From contig OZ242171.1 of assembly GCA_965205525.1 (NCBI GenBank), positions 89,993-153,992 on the forward strand: a stretch of 64,000 nt of DNA, given 5' to 3'. Shown here piece after piece: positions 26,821-35,733 of the stretch. The notes below the pieces were generated by a model. The model saw only the letters and a program-made list of their open reading frames with translations. It did no database searches and was not told the origin of the DNA. Every line of letters begins with the position of its first letter. Positions within the stretch are counted from its first letter, which is position 1. This DNA comes from Gammaproteobacteria bacterium (GTDB lineage Bacteria; Pseudomonadota; Gammaproteobacteria; JABABF01). The translations under genes were made by a program, and so were the position numbers.

Positions 26821-26894
26821 AGAGCAGTAAGCGAAGAGCTGCTGTTTAGCGCATCCTATTGTTTTCCGGAGCGGAATAGGAAGCACAGAGGTGA

Positions 26895-28523
26895 TTAAGA
26901 ATCCTCTGCCGCCCGCTCCTCTAGTTTGCGCACCGCCGGTGAATAGTGCGTCTCATCAATGCCGGCAAGATAGGCGCGCAGCGGCGGGAAGGCATCCCGC
27001 AGCCGCTCAAAGTCATCCCGGTGCACTATCAGCACCACGCTGTTCTCCAGGGCGGTCACTACCCCTGTGCTGAGGCAGTCCGTTTCTATGATCCGCTCTC
27101 CCCAGTGCTCGCCCGGAGTGTATCGCTTGACAAAATCTTCGCTGCCCGACTGATCCGGTATGCGCATCTCCAGTGCGCCGGAGACGACAATATAAAAGCC
27201 TTCTAACAGCTGGTCCTTCTCGCAGACGGTTTCCCCCTCGGCGTAGTGCGCCTGGCGGCAGGCGGGCCGGCCTGACTGCTGGGTCTGGACAATGGTCCGG
27301 GGGATGAAATAGTCAAAAAACCAGTTCAGCGCGACCCGCAGGCGGGTTGAAAAACCGGGCAGCATGGAGAGGTAGATGGCGCGCCAGAATAGCCAGGCCG
27401 AGAGGCCGGAGAGATTTATGCCGAAGACCTGGGCGACCCCTTTGTATTTCCCCAGTGAAGCCAGCGAGCCCTTCGGCTGGTAGCGGAACGGGAGCGGCTC
27501 CTTGCCCATGGTGACTGCCAGAATATTCTCTGCCAGCGTCCGGGCTTCGCGCACGGCAAACTGGGCGGTGGGGGGGGCATAGCTGCCGTCTTCCTGGGGG
27601 ATCAGAGCGATGTCTCCCAGGGCCCAGACATTTGGCTTGTCCGCATCCATGAGCCGGAGGCAGCTGTCGGTGGGCAGCCGCCCCCGCTCCAGTGTCAGCG
27701 GCAGGGTGCGCAGAAAAGGCGAGGGCCCGTTGCCCATGGTGGTGACAATCGTCATCGCCTCAATGCTCTCCCCCTGATCGGTGCAGAGCGAGGTGTCGGA
27801 GGCGGAGACCACGCCGGTCTGCAGGCGGATATCAATGCCTCGCTTGCGCAGAATCTTTGCTGCGTACTCGCCGAGAGCAGCGGGCAGCTCCGGCAGAATC
27901 TGATCGCCGCGCTGTATCATGATGGCATGCACATCCTGAGGGCGGAGGCGCGGATAGAAGCGCAGCGTTCGCTGGATCATCTCCATCACTTCACCCATGG
28001 TCTCCACCCCGGAGAAACCGGCGCCCACCACGACAAAACTGAGGGCGTATTTTTTCAGCCGGGGATTTTCCGTGATATCCGCCAGTTCCAGGCAGTTGAT
28101 GATGTGATTGCGCAGTGTGTGGGCATCCGCTAAATCCTTCATCGTCAGGCTGTGCTGGGGAAAGCCCGGAAAGCGGGACAGGTCAGTGACCTGGCCGGTG
28201 GCGATGACCAGATGGTCGTAGTGAATGGGGATCAGCACCTTTTTTCTGCCCTGCACCACCTGCACAATGCGGTTTTCAAAGTTGATGGACTTGGCCTCCG
28301 CCAAGCGCACCCGGATGTCCGGCAGCAGCATGCGCAGCGGCGTGACCGCGTCCTGGGCGTTTAGAATGCCGGCGGCCACTTCCGGCAGCAGGGGTTGAAA
28401 AACAAAATAATTGCGCTCGCTGATGAGCTCAACCTGCAATGTATTCTTGGCCAGCTGACCGAGATGCTTAGCAGCGAAAACCCCGCCGAAGCCGCCCCCT
28501 ATGATGAGCACTTTTTTCTTCAT
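26895..28523 (-). CDS. NDH-2-type FAD-dependent NADH dehydrogenase (pyridine nucleotide-disulfide oxidoreductase) fused to a C-terminal cyclic-nucleotide-binding-like domain.
   Basis: It has two dinucleotide-binding motifs, KVLIIGGGFGG and VVVGAGFSGVE, and the NDH-2-like motif WALGD. The last 120 aa or so (GETVCEKDQLLEGFYIVVSGALEM...ALENSVVLIVHRDDFERL) resemble a CAP-type cNMP-binding fold. Confidence 0.85.
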   Translation of the reverse strand: MKKKVLIIGGGFGGVFAAKHLGQLAKNTLQVELISERNYFVFQPLLPEVAAGILNAQDAVTPLRMLLPDIRVRLAEAKSINFENRIVQVVQGRKKVLIPIHYDHLVIATGQVTDLSRFPGFPQHSLTMKDLADAHTLRNHIINCLELADITENPRLKKYALSFVVVGAGFSGVETMGEVMEMIQRTLRFYPRLRPQDVHAIMIQRGDQILPELPAALGEYAAKILRKRGIDIRLQTGVVSASDTSLCTDQGESIEAMTIVTTMGNGPSPFLRTLPLTLERGRLPTDSCLRLMDADKPNVWALGDIALIPQEDGSYAPPTAQFAVREARTLAENILAVTMGKEPLPFRYQPKGSLASLGKYKGVAQVFGINLSGLSAWLFWRAIYLSMLPGFSTRLRVALNWFFDYFIPRTIVQTQQSGRPACRQAHYAEGETVCEKDQLLEGFYIVVSGALEMRIPDQSGSEDFVKRYTPGEHWGERIIETDCLSTGVVTALENSVVLIVHRDDFERLRDAFPPLRAYLAGIDETHYSPAVRKLEERAAEDS

Positions 28524-28702
28524 AAATTTCTTGTGCCTGTGTGTGCGTCTGGCGGGGAATGAGGGGCCGAGGCCTGCAAACCTGCTCTTTCCTGCCCGAG
28601 AGTCTCAGTATCCGCACTTGGCTCTTGCCGGGTGCACACGACCGAAAATATAGCAGGGACTATAGCAGAGGGAGATTGCGCCCGCTAGCGCCTGAGTGAA
28701 AT

Positions 28703-28779
28703 TGGCGCGCCCGGCAGGATTTGAACCTGCGACCTCTGGCTTCGGAGGCCAGCGCTCTATCCAACTGAGCTACGGGCGC
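28703..28779 (-). tRNA. tRNA-Arg, anticodon CCG, with encoded CCA.
   Basis: The reverse complement GCGCCCGTAGCTCAGTTGGATAGAGCGCTGGCCTCCGAAGCCAGAGGTCGCAGGTTCAAATCCTGCCGGGCGCGCCA folds as a cloverleaf. The acceptor stem is GCGCCCG/CGGGCGC. The anticodon stem is CTGGC/GCCAG with loop CTCCGAA. The T arm is GCAGG-TTCAAAT-CCTGC. Confidence 0.95.
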
Positions 28780-28798
28780 ATATATGGTGCAGACCCCA

Positions 28799-28826
28799 AT
28801 TATAGGGAGCACGACCCCGATTGCAT
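28799..28826 (-). promoter_or_regulatory. Putative sigma70 promoter for tRNA-Arg.
   Basis: On the minus strand there is a perfect TATAAT at 28804-28799, which is 19 nt upstream of the mature tRNA 5' end. A weak -35 (ATGCAA, 28826-28821) lies 16 nt upstream of it. Confidence 0.4.
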
Positions 28827-28904
28827 ATTTTCGGCCATGATGCCCGTCGTGTTTTCGGGGGCCGTGCCGGTATCACCCTGCGCTCCCCGACAAAAGATGC
28901 GGGC

Positions 28905-30092
28905 TCAGTCTGGGACAAAGCGGGCCAGCACATCGTTCAGAAAGCGCCGCCCCAAAGGAGTGGTTTGTATTCGGGCTGGGTCTTTTTGCAGCAGGCCTTC
29001 CTCTCGCAGCTCCGAGAGATTGTGCCCTATGCTGGCCAGCGCCAGGCCGGTGCGCTCTGCAAAGAGAGCGGCTGGACAGCCTTCCTCTAAGCGCAGCGCA
29101 TTCATCATGAACTCCAGCGGCAGCTCCTCCTGCTCCAGGACAGCCCTGCGGTGAGGGCCGCCGCTGCTCTGGCGCAGATAGTCAAAAGGTGCGCGAGTCC
29201 TAAAGGTGCGAAGGATGCGCCCGGCGGCGGCTTCGGTGATCTTGCCGTGAGCACCGGCGCCGATGCCCAAATAATCGCCGAAGAGCCAGTAGTTGAGATT
29301 GTGCTTGGCCTCGCCTCCGGGCCGGCTCCAGGCGGAGACCTCATAAGAGCGGTAGCCCTTTCCCCGCAGAAACGCCGCTCCCTCACGCTGAATCCTGTGC
29401 AGAATATCTTCGGCGGGCAGGGTCGGGGGGCGCCGGTGGAAGGCGGTATTCGGCTCAATGGTGAGGGTATACCAGGATAAATGCTCCGGCTCAAAGGCAG
29501 CCGCCTCTCGCAAGTCCTCCATCGCCTGCTGCGAACTTTGCGCCGGCAGTCCGTGCATCAAATCCAGGTTCAAACGATGAAATCCCGCCCGGCGAGCTGC
29601 CCGCACTGCCTGTCGGGCGGTATCTCCGTCGTGAATGCGTCCCAATGCGTGCAGAAATTTGTCATCAAAACTCTGTACGCCGATGGACAGGCGATTGATC
29701 CCAGCTGCTCGGAAGCCGCTGAATTTTTCTGCTGTAACCGTGCCCGGATTGGCTTCAAGGGTGATTTCCGCGTCCTTATCCAGGTGGAGGCGTCCTGCGA
29801 TGTTCTCTAGGATGCGGCCGATGGCGGCGACCGAGAACAGGCTGGGGGTGCCGCCGCCAAAAAAGACCGAGCCGATGCTGCGCCCCTGAACATGACCCGC
29901 TTCGGTGTCTAGGTCCCGCAGCAGGGCGTTGCTGTAATCTTCTTCCGGCAGTTCGCCGCTTGCGGCATGGGAGTTGAAATCGCAGTAGGGGCACTTCCGC
30001 ACGCACCAGGGGATGTGCAGATAAAGGCTGAGGGGCGGCAGCTGCAAGGGAGATTGCTGAAGGACTGTTTGGCCGATGGCGGTCGCGGGCAT
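28905..30092 (-). CDS. hemW: Radical SAM heme chaperone HemW (HemN-like, oxygen-independent coproporphyrinogen oxidase family).
   Basis: It carries the radical-SAM motif LYLHIPWCVRKCPYCDF. I trimmed the ORF to ATG 30092 (MPATAIGQ), just downstream of the rdgB stop. The rdgB-hemW synteny is conserved. Confidence 0.85.
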   Translation of the reverse strand: MPATAIGQTVLQQSPLQLPPLSLYLHIPWCVRKCPYCDFNSHAASGELPEEDYSNALLRDLDTEAGHVQGRSIGSVFFGGGTPSLFSVAAIGRILENIAGRLHLDKDAEITLEANPGTVTAEKFSGFRAAGINRLSIGVQSFDDKFLHALGRIHDGDTARQAVRAARRAGFHRLNLDLMHGLPAQSSQQAMEDLREAAAFEPEHLSWYTLTIEPNTAFHRRPPTLPAEDILHRIQREGAAFLRGKGYRSYEVSAWSRPGGEAKHNLNYWLFGDYLGIGAGAHGKITEAAAGRILRTFRTRAPFDYLRQSSGGPHRRAVLEQEELPLEFMMNALRLEEGCPAALFAERTGLALASIGHNLSELREEGLLQKDPARIQTTPLGRRFLNDVLARFVPD

Positions 30093-30106
30093 GTCGGCGG
30101 CACTTC

Positions 30107-30700
30107 TCAAATTAATTGGAGCAGAGTGCAGAGCGCCTTGCCCCGGTGGCTGAGGGTGTTTTTGTCGGCAGCAGACAGCTCCGCTGCGCTGCAGCCTCGC
30201 TCGGGCACTAAGAACAGCGGGTCGTATCCGAACCCCTCTTTGCCTTGCGGCGCCTCCAGTATGTGCCCCTCCCAGCAGCCTTCGCCGATCAGGGGGGCTG
30301 TCTCTTGCGAGGGGAGCGCCAGGGCCAGCGCACATCGGTAGCGGGCTCTTCGCATCTGCTGCGGCACACCTTGAAGAAGCGCCAGAAGCCGCCGACTGTT
30401 ATCTGCATCGTTCGCGTTTTCTCCGGCAAAGCGTGCCGAGCGAATGCCCGGGCGGCCATCCAGTGCGTCCACTTCCAGTCCTGAATCGTCGGCGAGGGCG
30501 GGCAGCCCGGTGTGCCGAGCTGCGTGCTGCGCTTTCAGAATTGCATTTTCCACAAAGCTTTGCCCGGTCTCAGGGATTGGTGACACTTTGAATTCGGATT
30601 GGGACAGCAGCTCCGTATCTTGGGCGGCGAGGAGGGAGCGGAATTCGCAGAGTTTGCCGGCATTGCCGCTGGCCAGAACGATTTTGACCGGCAGCGTCAT
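30107..30700 (-). CDS. rdgB: dITP/XTP pyrophosphatase (RdgB/Ham1 family).
   Basis: KIVLASGNAGKLCEF...FGYDPLF...SHRGKAL are Ham1 family hallmarks. The protein is 197 aa. Confidence 0.9.
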   Translation of the reverse strand: MTLPVKIVLASGNAGKLCEFRSLLAAQDTELLSQSEFKVSPIPETGQSFVENAILKAQHAARHTGLPALADDSGLEVDALDGRPGIRSARFAGENANDADNSRRLLALLQGVPQQMRRARYRCALALALPSQETAPLIGEGCWEGHILEAPQGKEGFGYDPLFLVPERGCSAAELSAADKNTLSHRGKALCTLLQLI

Positions 30701-31173
30701 CAGCGCCCGTCAGCATATAGACGGCGGCGGAATTTCAGCAGCAGAGGCCGGGAGGCTCCTTCGGGTGTCACCTGAATGCGAAAGCGCAGCAGGTCCCGGT
30801 GGCTGAATTGGAACCCCGACAGATAATAGACAGCCTCTCCTTCCCGCACTTCCTGAAAATTCAATTCATGGCCGTGGATAAGATCCCGGTAGCCACCTGT
30901 CACCTGGGCGGGGGCTGGGTAGCTTTCCTCTCCTTTGCGATGGCGCAGGGCGATGGTGATCACCGCTCGGTTTCCAGCGCGGGTGATACCGATGGAGGCG
31001 GCGTTTTTTGCACGCAGGAAAGTGCTGTTGAAAACGCTGTAGTGCAGCTCCCACTCCTTGCCGAAATACTGCACGCCGCCGTCCGCAGAAAATCCGCCAT
31101 CCGCTTCCGCCCATGCGGATCCGGCTGCCAGCATCACCGCCAGCATTGCCGGGAGCACAGTTGATGACCTCAT
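30700..31173 (-). CDS. DUF4426 domain protein with a signal peptide.
   Basis: The signal peptide is [22 protein letters not shown]. The position between metW and rdgB is typical of DUF4426 genes in gammaproteobacteria. The family was assigned from memory. Confidence 0.65.
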   Translation of the reverse strand: MRSSTVLPAMLAVMLAAGSAWAEADGGFSADGGVQYFGKEWELHYSVFNSTFLRAKNAASIGITRAGNRAVITIALRHRKGEESYPAPAQVTGGYRDLIHGHELNFQEVREGEAVYYLSGFQFSHRDLLRFRIQVTPEGASRPLLLKFRRRLYADGR

Positions 31174-31790
31174 GTGCGAAGGGGTGCGGCGGCGCCTATC
31201 TGGCGACTGATTCGGTACAGTGCCGAGGCGGCGAACAGGTTTGGCCAGCGGTGAAAGAACACTCCGAGACGGCGCTCATTTAAAGCGATGCGATTCAGGA
31301 TCTGGAAGTTCTGCTCCTGGCACAGCTCTTCAAAGTTCTGCATGGTGCACAGATGAATATTCGGCGTTTCGTACCACTTTTTCGGCAGCGCAGTGGTCAG
31401 CGGCATGCGTCCGCCGAGACCCAAATCCAGGCGGCAGCGCCAGTGGGCAAAGTTGGGGAAGGTGATCATGCATTCTCGGCCGATGCGCAGCATTTCAGTA
31501 AGCACTTTCAGCGGGTTACTCACCTCCTGCAGGGTGTAGGTCATGACCACCGCATCAAAGCTGTCATCGTCAAAGATCTCCAGCCCCGCGCCGAGATCCT
31601 GCTCCAGCACTTGCAGTCCTGCCTTTAGGCAGGCGGCGATGTTGTCTTGATCAATTTCCACGCCGATGCCCTCCGTCTGTCGCTCCCGGCGCAGCAGCTG
31701 CAGAAACTCGCCATCCCCGCAGCCGAGGTCCAGCACCCGGGCGCCGGGCGGGATCCACTGCAGAATCTGTGACATGTCGTGCCGCATCAT
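31170..31790 (-). CDS. metW: Methionine biosynthesis protein MetW.
   Basis: It has the methyltransferase-like motif [12 protein letters not shown] and the MetW hallmark NFAHWRCRL. Its start overlaps the metX stop. Confidence 0.9.
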   Translation of the reverse strand: MMRHDMSQILQWIPPGARVLDLGCGDGEFLQLLRRERQTEGIGVEIDQDNIAACLKAGLQVLEQDLGAGLEIFDDDSFDAVVMTYTLQEVSNPLKVLTEMLRIGRECMITFPNFAHWRCRLDLGLGGRMPLTTALPKKWYETPNIHLCTMQNFEELCQEQNFQILNRIALNERRLGVFFHRWPNLFAASALYRISRQIGAAAPLRT

Positions 31791-32929
31791 GCCCTCCCAA
31801 CGCGCTGCATGTAGGCACTCAGCACTTTCAAGAAATTCGGGATCGGCAGCAGAAAAGCATCGTGCCCCTGGGAGGCCTCAATCTCTGCGTAGCTTACCTG
31901 CCTGCGGGCAGCGAGCAGTGCCGAGACAATCTCCCGAGATCTCACCGGCGCAAAACGCCAGTCGGTGGTAAAGGAGACAACAAAGAATCCGGCCTTGGCG
32001 TCGCGGAAGGCGGCCACCGGGTCATTGCCGTACTCCCGTGCGAGATCAAAGTAATCCAAAGCGCGTGTGGTCAGGAGGTAGGTGTTGGCATCAAAATTTT
32101 CTGCAAATTTATCCCCCTGGTGGTGCAAGTAGCTCTCCACTGCAAAGCGCACCATCTCCGTAGTGCCTTGCTTGAATGAGCCGGCCTGCAGTTCACGGCC
32201 GAAACGGGCGTCCATTACATCATCCGACATGTAGGTCAGGTGGCCGATCATGCGCGCGATGGCGAGTCCGCGTCTGGGGTGCTCGCCCTGCTCCAAGTAG
32301 CGTCCGCCGTGAAAATGCGGATCTGAAGTAATCGCCTGGCGCGCGATTTCATTGAAGGCGATGTTCTGCGCTCTCAGCCCCAGCGCCGAGGCGATCACAA
32401 CGCAGTGCTCCACTTCCAAAGGGTGCTCCAGGGACCAGCGCATCACCTGCATGCCGCCGAGACTGCCGCCGATGATGGCCGCCCACTTGGGAATTTTGAG
32501 ATGCTGCATCAGCCGCCGCTGACCGGCGACCCAGTCCCGCACCCGCAGGGGCGGGAAGTCCGGGCCGTAAATTTTGCCGGTTTCGGGATTGGTGCTGGTG
32601 GGCCCGGTGCTTCCGGAGCAGCCGCCGATGTTGTTGGGACAGACCACGAAGAGGCACTCCGTGTCAATGGGCTTGCCCGGGCCGATGCAGGTTTCCCACC
32701 AGCCGGGTTTTTTGTCGTCGGGACTGTGATAGCCCGCCGCATGGTGGTCACTGCTCAGGGCATGGCAGATCAGCACCGCATTGGAGCACTCTGGATTCAG
32801 CGTGCCGTAGGTTTCGTAAGTCAGTTCAAACTCGGGCAGGGCTTTGCCGCAGGCCAGCTCCAGCGGCTCTGTAAAGTGCTGCCGCCGAGGCGTTACCAGC
32901 CCCACCGAGTCTTCGGGGATGCTCGGCAT
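31787..32929 (-). CDS. metX: Homoserine O-acyltransferase MetX (acetyl or succinyl).
   Basis: It has an alpha/beta hydrolase nucleophile elbow (IGGSLGGMQ). The N-terminus is MetX-like: [43 protein letters not shown] trimmed the ORF to ATG 32929. Confidence 0.9.
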   Translation of the reverse strand: MPSIPEDSVGLVTPRRQHFTEPLELACGKALPEFELTYETYGTLNPECSNAVLICHALSSDHHAAGYHSPDDKKPGWWETCIGPGKPIDTECLFVVCPNNIGGCSGSTGPTSTNPETGKIYGPDFPPLRVRDWVAGQRRLMQHLKIPKWAAIIGGSLGGMQVMRWSLEHPLEVEHCVVIASALGLRAQNIAFNEIARQAITSDPHFHGGRYLEQGEHPRRGLAIARMIGHLTYMSDDVMDARFGRELQAGSFKQGTTEMVRFAVESYLHHQGDKFAENFDANTYLLTTRALDYFDLAREYGNDPVAAFRDAKAGFFVVSFTTDWRFAPVRSREIVSALLAARRQVSYAEIEASQGHDAFLLPIPNFLKVLSAYMQRVGRA

Positions 32930-32934
32930 GTCAC

Positions 32935-33519
32935 TCAGATGCCCAGCACCAAATGTCTTGCCAAGTTTGTGTCGTCCGCCCAGCCGCGCAGTATGATCTG
33001 CAGCACGTTGATGACCATGAACAGCAGGATGGGCGACAGATCCAGCCCGCCCAGCGGCGGCAAGATGCGCCGGAAGGGGTTCATTACCGGCTCCGCCATC
33101 TGCCGGACGAAATCCAATGCCGGATGCCGCCGAAAGGGTGCGACCCAGCTGAGGATGATAACGGCCAGCACCAGAAAGAAATAGATGTCCACCACCATGT
33201 TGCAGATGCCGATGCAGGCCCAAATGACCATGCGTAACGGATCCACAAAGGGCGTTTCGCCCTCTAGGGCAAGGAACAGGGCAATGCTTCCAATGCCGAG
33301 GAGCAGTGCGGACATCAGGGTGCCGGTATCCAAGTCCCGGATTACCGGCATGAAGGATTGCAGGGGTGCCACCGCAGGCTGCGTCACACGCACGATGGTC
33401 TGGGTGATCGGGTTGTAGAAATCTGCATTGGAGATCCGCAGCAAAAGACGCAGGACGATGGCCAGCAGGTAGATGCCGATGATTTTATTCAGCAGAACGG
33501 TGGTGATGGAGAGTGCCAT
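32935..33519 (-). CDS. yggT: YggT family membrane protein.
   Basis: It shows a duplicated hydrophobic YGGT-type pattern and sits in the conserved position next to proC. Confidence 0.8.
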   Translation of the reverse strand: MALSITTVLLNKIIGIYLLAIVLRLLLRISNADFYNPITQTIVRVTQPAVAPLQSFMPVIRDLDTGTLMSALLLGIGSIALFLALEGETPFVDPLRMVIWACIGICNMVVDIYFFLVLAVIILSWVAPFRRHPALDFVRQMAEPVMNPFRRILPPLGGLDLSPILLFMVINVLQIILRGWADDTNLARHLVLGI

Positions 33520-33558
33520 AGTCTGTGTATTGTGATGGAGTTTTCCTGCGTTCTATGC

Positions 33559-34398
33559 TCAGATTTTCTCGCTGTCCGCCCGCCCCAGCTCCCGAGAGCG
33601 CTCCGCAGCTGCCTGCAGTGCTTGGGCGAACAGCTGAGACAGACCGCCCTGCTGCAGAATTTCCAGGGCACGCTCCGTGGTGCCCCCAGGGGAGGTTACC
33701 CGGCGCCGCAGTTCCGCGATGTCCGTATCGCTTTCTGCTGCGAGACGCGCCGTGCCCAGCGCAGTTTGCAGTGTGAAGCGATTGCTTATCTCAGGGGGCA
33801 GACCGAGGGCCGCGCCGGCTTCCCGCAGGGCTTCCATGACCAGAAGAAAATAGGCCGGCCCGCTGCCGGACAGGGCGGTAATCGCGTCCAGCAGATCTTC
33901 CTCTTTCACTTGGCTGGTGATGCCCACCGCAGCCAGCAGGTGCTCTGCCATCTGCAGCTGGTATTCGTTTACATGCGCATTGGCGAAGAGCGCAGTGGCG
34001 CCGCAGCCCAGCAGGGCAGGCGTGTTGGGCATGCAGCGCACTATGGGCAGGGTATCATCTCCCAGCCATTCGCCTATGCGGGCCACGGGTACGCCGGCGA
34101 CAATGGATACCAGCAGCGGGCGCTCCCGGCGCAGTCTTGCCGCCAGCGGCTGGAGAACTCCCTGCAGCACATCGGGCTTGACGGCCAGCACCAGGCTATC
34201 CGCTTCCGACAGGGCTTCTGCATTGTTCCGGGTTGTTTTGACCCCGGGCGCCTCGGCGCGCAGCTGTGCCAGCGCCCCCGGCGCCGGGTCGGCGACGGTG
34301 ATGTTTTCGGCTTTCAGCTTCTGCCGGATCAGCCCGCTGACAAGGGCCGTGGCCATGTGGCCGCCGCCGATAAAACCGAGTTTTATTGTATTTTCCAC
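33559..34398 (-). CDS. proC: Pyrroline-5-carboxylate reductase.
   Basis: It has an NADP-binding site (KLGFIGGGHMATAL) and the P5CR signature VTSPGGTTERAL. Confidence 0.92.
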   Translation of the reverse strand: MENTIKLGFIGGGHMATALVSGLIRQKLKAENITVADPAPGALAQLRAEAPGVKTTRNNAEALSEADSLVLAVKPDVLQGVLQPLAARLRRERPLLVSIVAGVPVARIGEWLGDDTLPIVRCMPNTPALLGCGATALFANAHVNEYQLQMAEHLLAAVGITSQVKEEDLLDAITALSGSGPAYFLLVMEALREAGAALGLPPEISNRFTLQTALGTARLAAESDTDIAELRRRVTSPGGTTERALEILQQGGLSQLFAQALQAAAERSRELGRADSEKI

Positions 34399-34417
34399 GA
34401 TGCTGTTCTCTCTGCCT

Positions 34418-34984
34418 TTATTTGCTCTGCGCTTTCCATTTTATGTTGCAGCCCATGCTGGGCACCTGATCTTCCGTCACCTCTCGTCCTTCTAGCACAC
34501 GGTCCAGGGCCCGGCGCAGCACACTGCCGTCCGTCGGTATGTCGTTGCCCGGGCTGGATTCATCAAACCGCCCTCTGTATACGCAGTGGAGGCTGGCATC
34601 AAATAGGAAGAGATCCGGCGTGCAGGCGGCACGGTAGGCCCGTGCGACATTCTGGCTTGCGTCGTACAGATAGGGGAAGGGGTAGCTCTTTTCCTTAGCG
34701 CGCCTGCCCATCTGCTCCGGGCTGTCATCGGGGTAGGCCTCTGCGTCATTGGCGGAGATAGCCGCAATGCCGATGTCGGAAGTGCGGTAGTCGTGCCCCA
34801 GGGCGAGCAGCCCTTCTTCAATGTGCAGCACATAGGGGCAGTGGTTGCAGATGAACATGACCAGCAGACCCGCTGGACCTCGGCAGTCGTCACGGCGGAC
34901 GGTGCGCCCGCTCGCTGTATCCGGCAGGCTGAAATCCGGGGCAGGAGTTCCCAGCGGCATCATGTTGGAGGGAGTAAGAGCCAT
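34418..34984 (-). CDS. Thioredoxin-fold protein (AhpC/TSA-like) with a CNHC redox motif.
   Basis: The sequence reads MALTPSNMMPLGTPAPDFSLPD...LVMFICNHCPYV. I trimmed the ORF to ATG 34984. Confidence 0.8.
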   Translation of the reverse strand: MALTPSNMMPLGTPAPDFSLPDTASGRTVRRDDCRGPAGLLVMFICNHCPYVLHIEEGLLALGHDYRTSDIGIAAISANDAEAYPDDSPEQMGRRAKEKSYPFPYLYDASQNVARAYRAACTPDLFLFDASLHCVYRGRFDESSPGNDIPTDGSVLRRALDRVLEGREVTEDQVPSMGCNIKWKAQSK

Positions 34985-35025
34985 GCTGCGTCCTGTCGGG
35001 GGGAAGGGGGATGGTGCGAACAGAA

Positions 35026-35733
35026 TTATAACTGCCTGCCCGAGCGGGGTCCGAAGATGCCCGTGCCGATGCGCAGCAGGGTGGCGCCCTCCCGGACTGC
35101 GCTCTCCAAGTCTGCCGACATGCCCATGGACAGGGTATCCATCTGCGGGTGCTCTCGGCGCAGTGCTGCAAAACACTCTGCTGCACGGCGAAAGTGCTTC
35201 GCCATCGCATCCGGCTCCGCTGCCGGCGGCGGCAGGGCCATCAGTCCCCGCAGCCGCAGACGGGGCAGCAGAGCTGTCTCTGCTGCCAGCTCTGCCAGCG
35301 CCTCTGGAGCAGCGCCGGATTTCCAAGGCTCGTTTCCCAGCTGTAGCTGCAGGCAGACCGACAGCGGCGGCAGCTCCGCCGGCCGGCCATCACTGAGACG
35401 CTGCGCAATGCGGGGGCGGTCTACGCTGTGCACCCAGTCAAAGCGGCTGGCGATGGCGCGGGTTTTGTTTGACTGGATAGTGCCGATGAAATGCCAGCGA
35501 AGGGGCAGGTCTGCCAGTGCTTCCATCTTCTCCAGCGCCTCCTGCAGGTAGTTCTCGCCGAAGTGCAGAAGGTTGAGGCGGCAGGCGGCCCGCAGGGCCA
35601 GGGCGGGCTGCGCCTTGCTGACGGCGAGCAGCTGCACCGTCTCCGGGGCGCGTCCGGCGGCCTTGGCGGCTCGCCTTATCCGAGCCTGCACTTGGGCGAT
35701 GCGTGTCGCCAGCGCCTCTTCATCGGAGTTCAC
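35026..35733 (-). CDS. yggS: YggS family pyridoxal-phosphate homeostasis protein.
   Basis: LLAVSKAQP (PLP lysine), HFGENYLQEA and WHFIGTIQSNKT are family motifs. The GTG start at 35733 overlaps the ruvX stop as GTGA. Confidence 0.85.
   Translation of the reverse strand: MNSDEEALATRIAQVQARIRRAAKAAGRAPETVQLLAVSKAQPALALRAACRLNLLHFGENYLQEALEKMEALADLPLRWHFIGTIQSNKTRAIASRFDWVHSVDRPRIAQRLSDGRPAELPPLSVCLQLQLGNEPWKSGAAPEALAELAAETALLPRLRLRGLMALPPPAAEPDAMAKHFRRAAECFAALRREHPQMDTLSMGMSADLESAVREGATLLRIGTGIFGPRSGRQL

Noticed and set aside
1-26832. CRISPR array or other non-coding tandem repeat as the explanation for the periodicity.
   Set aside because: The repeat period is 1.7-2.0 kb and lies entirely within long in-frame ORFs. 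There are no short direct repeats separated by unique spacers, and no cas genes.
1-26832. RTX/T1SS adhesin, autotransporter or two-partner-secretion exoprotein.
   Set aside because: There are no GGxGxD nonapeptide repeats, no C-terminal beta-barrel and no TPS domain. Classical Sec signal peptides are present, and no T1SS or TpsB genes lie nearby.
1-26832. Diversity-generating retroelement as the source of loop variability.
   Set aside because: There is no reverse transcriptase gene in the window, and I found no template/variable repeat pair with adenine-specific mismatches. The variable loops also differ in length, which DGRs do not produce.
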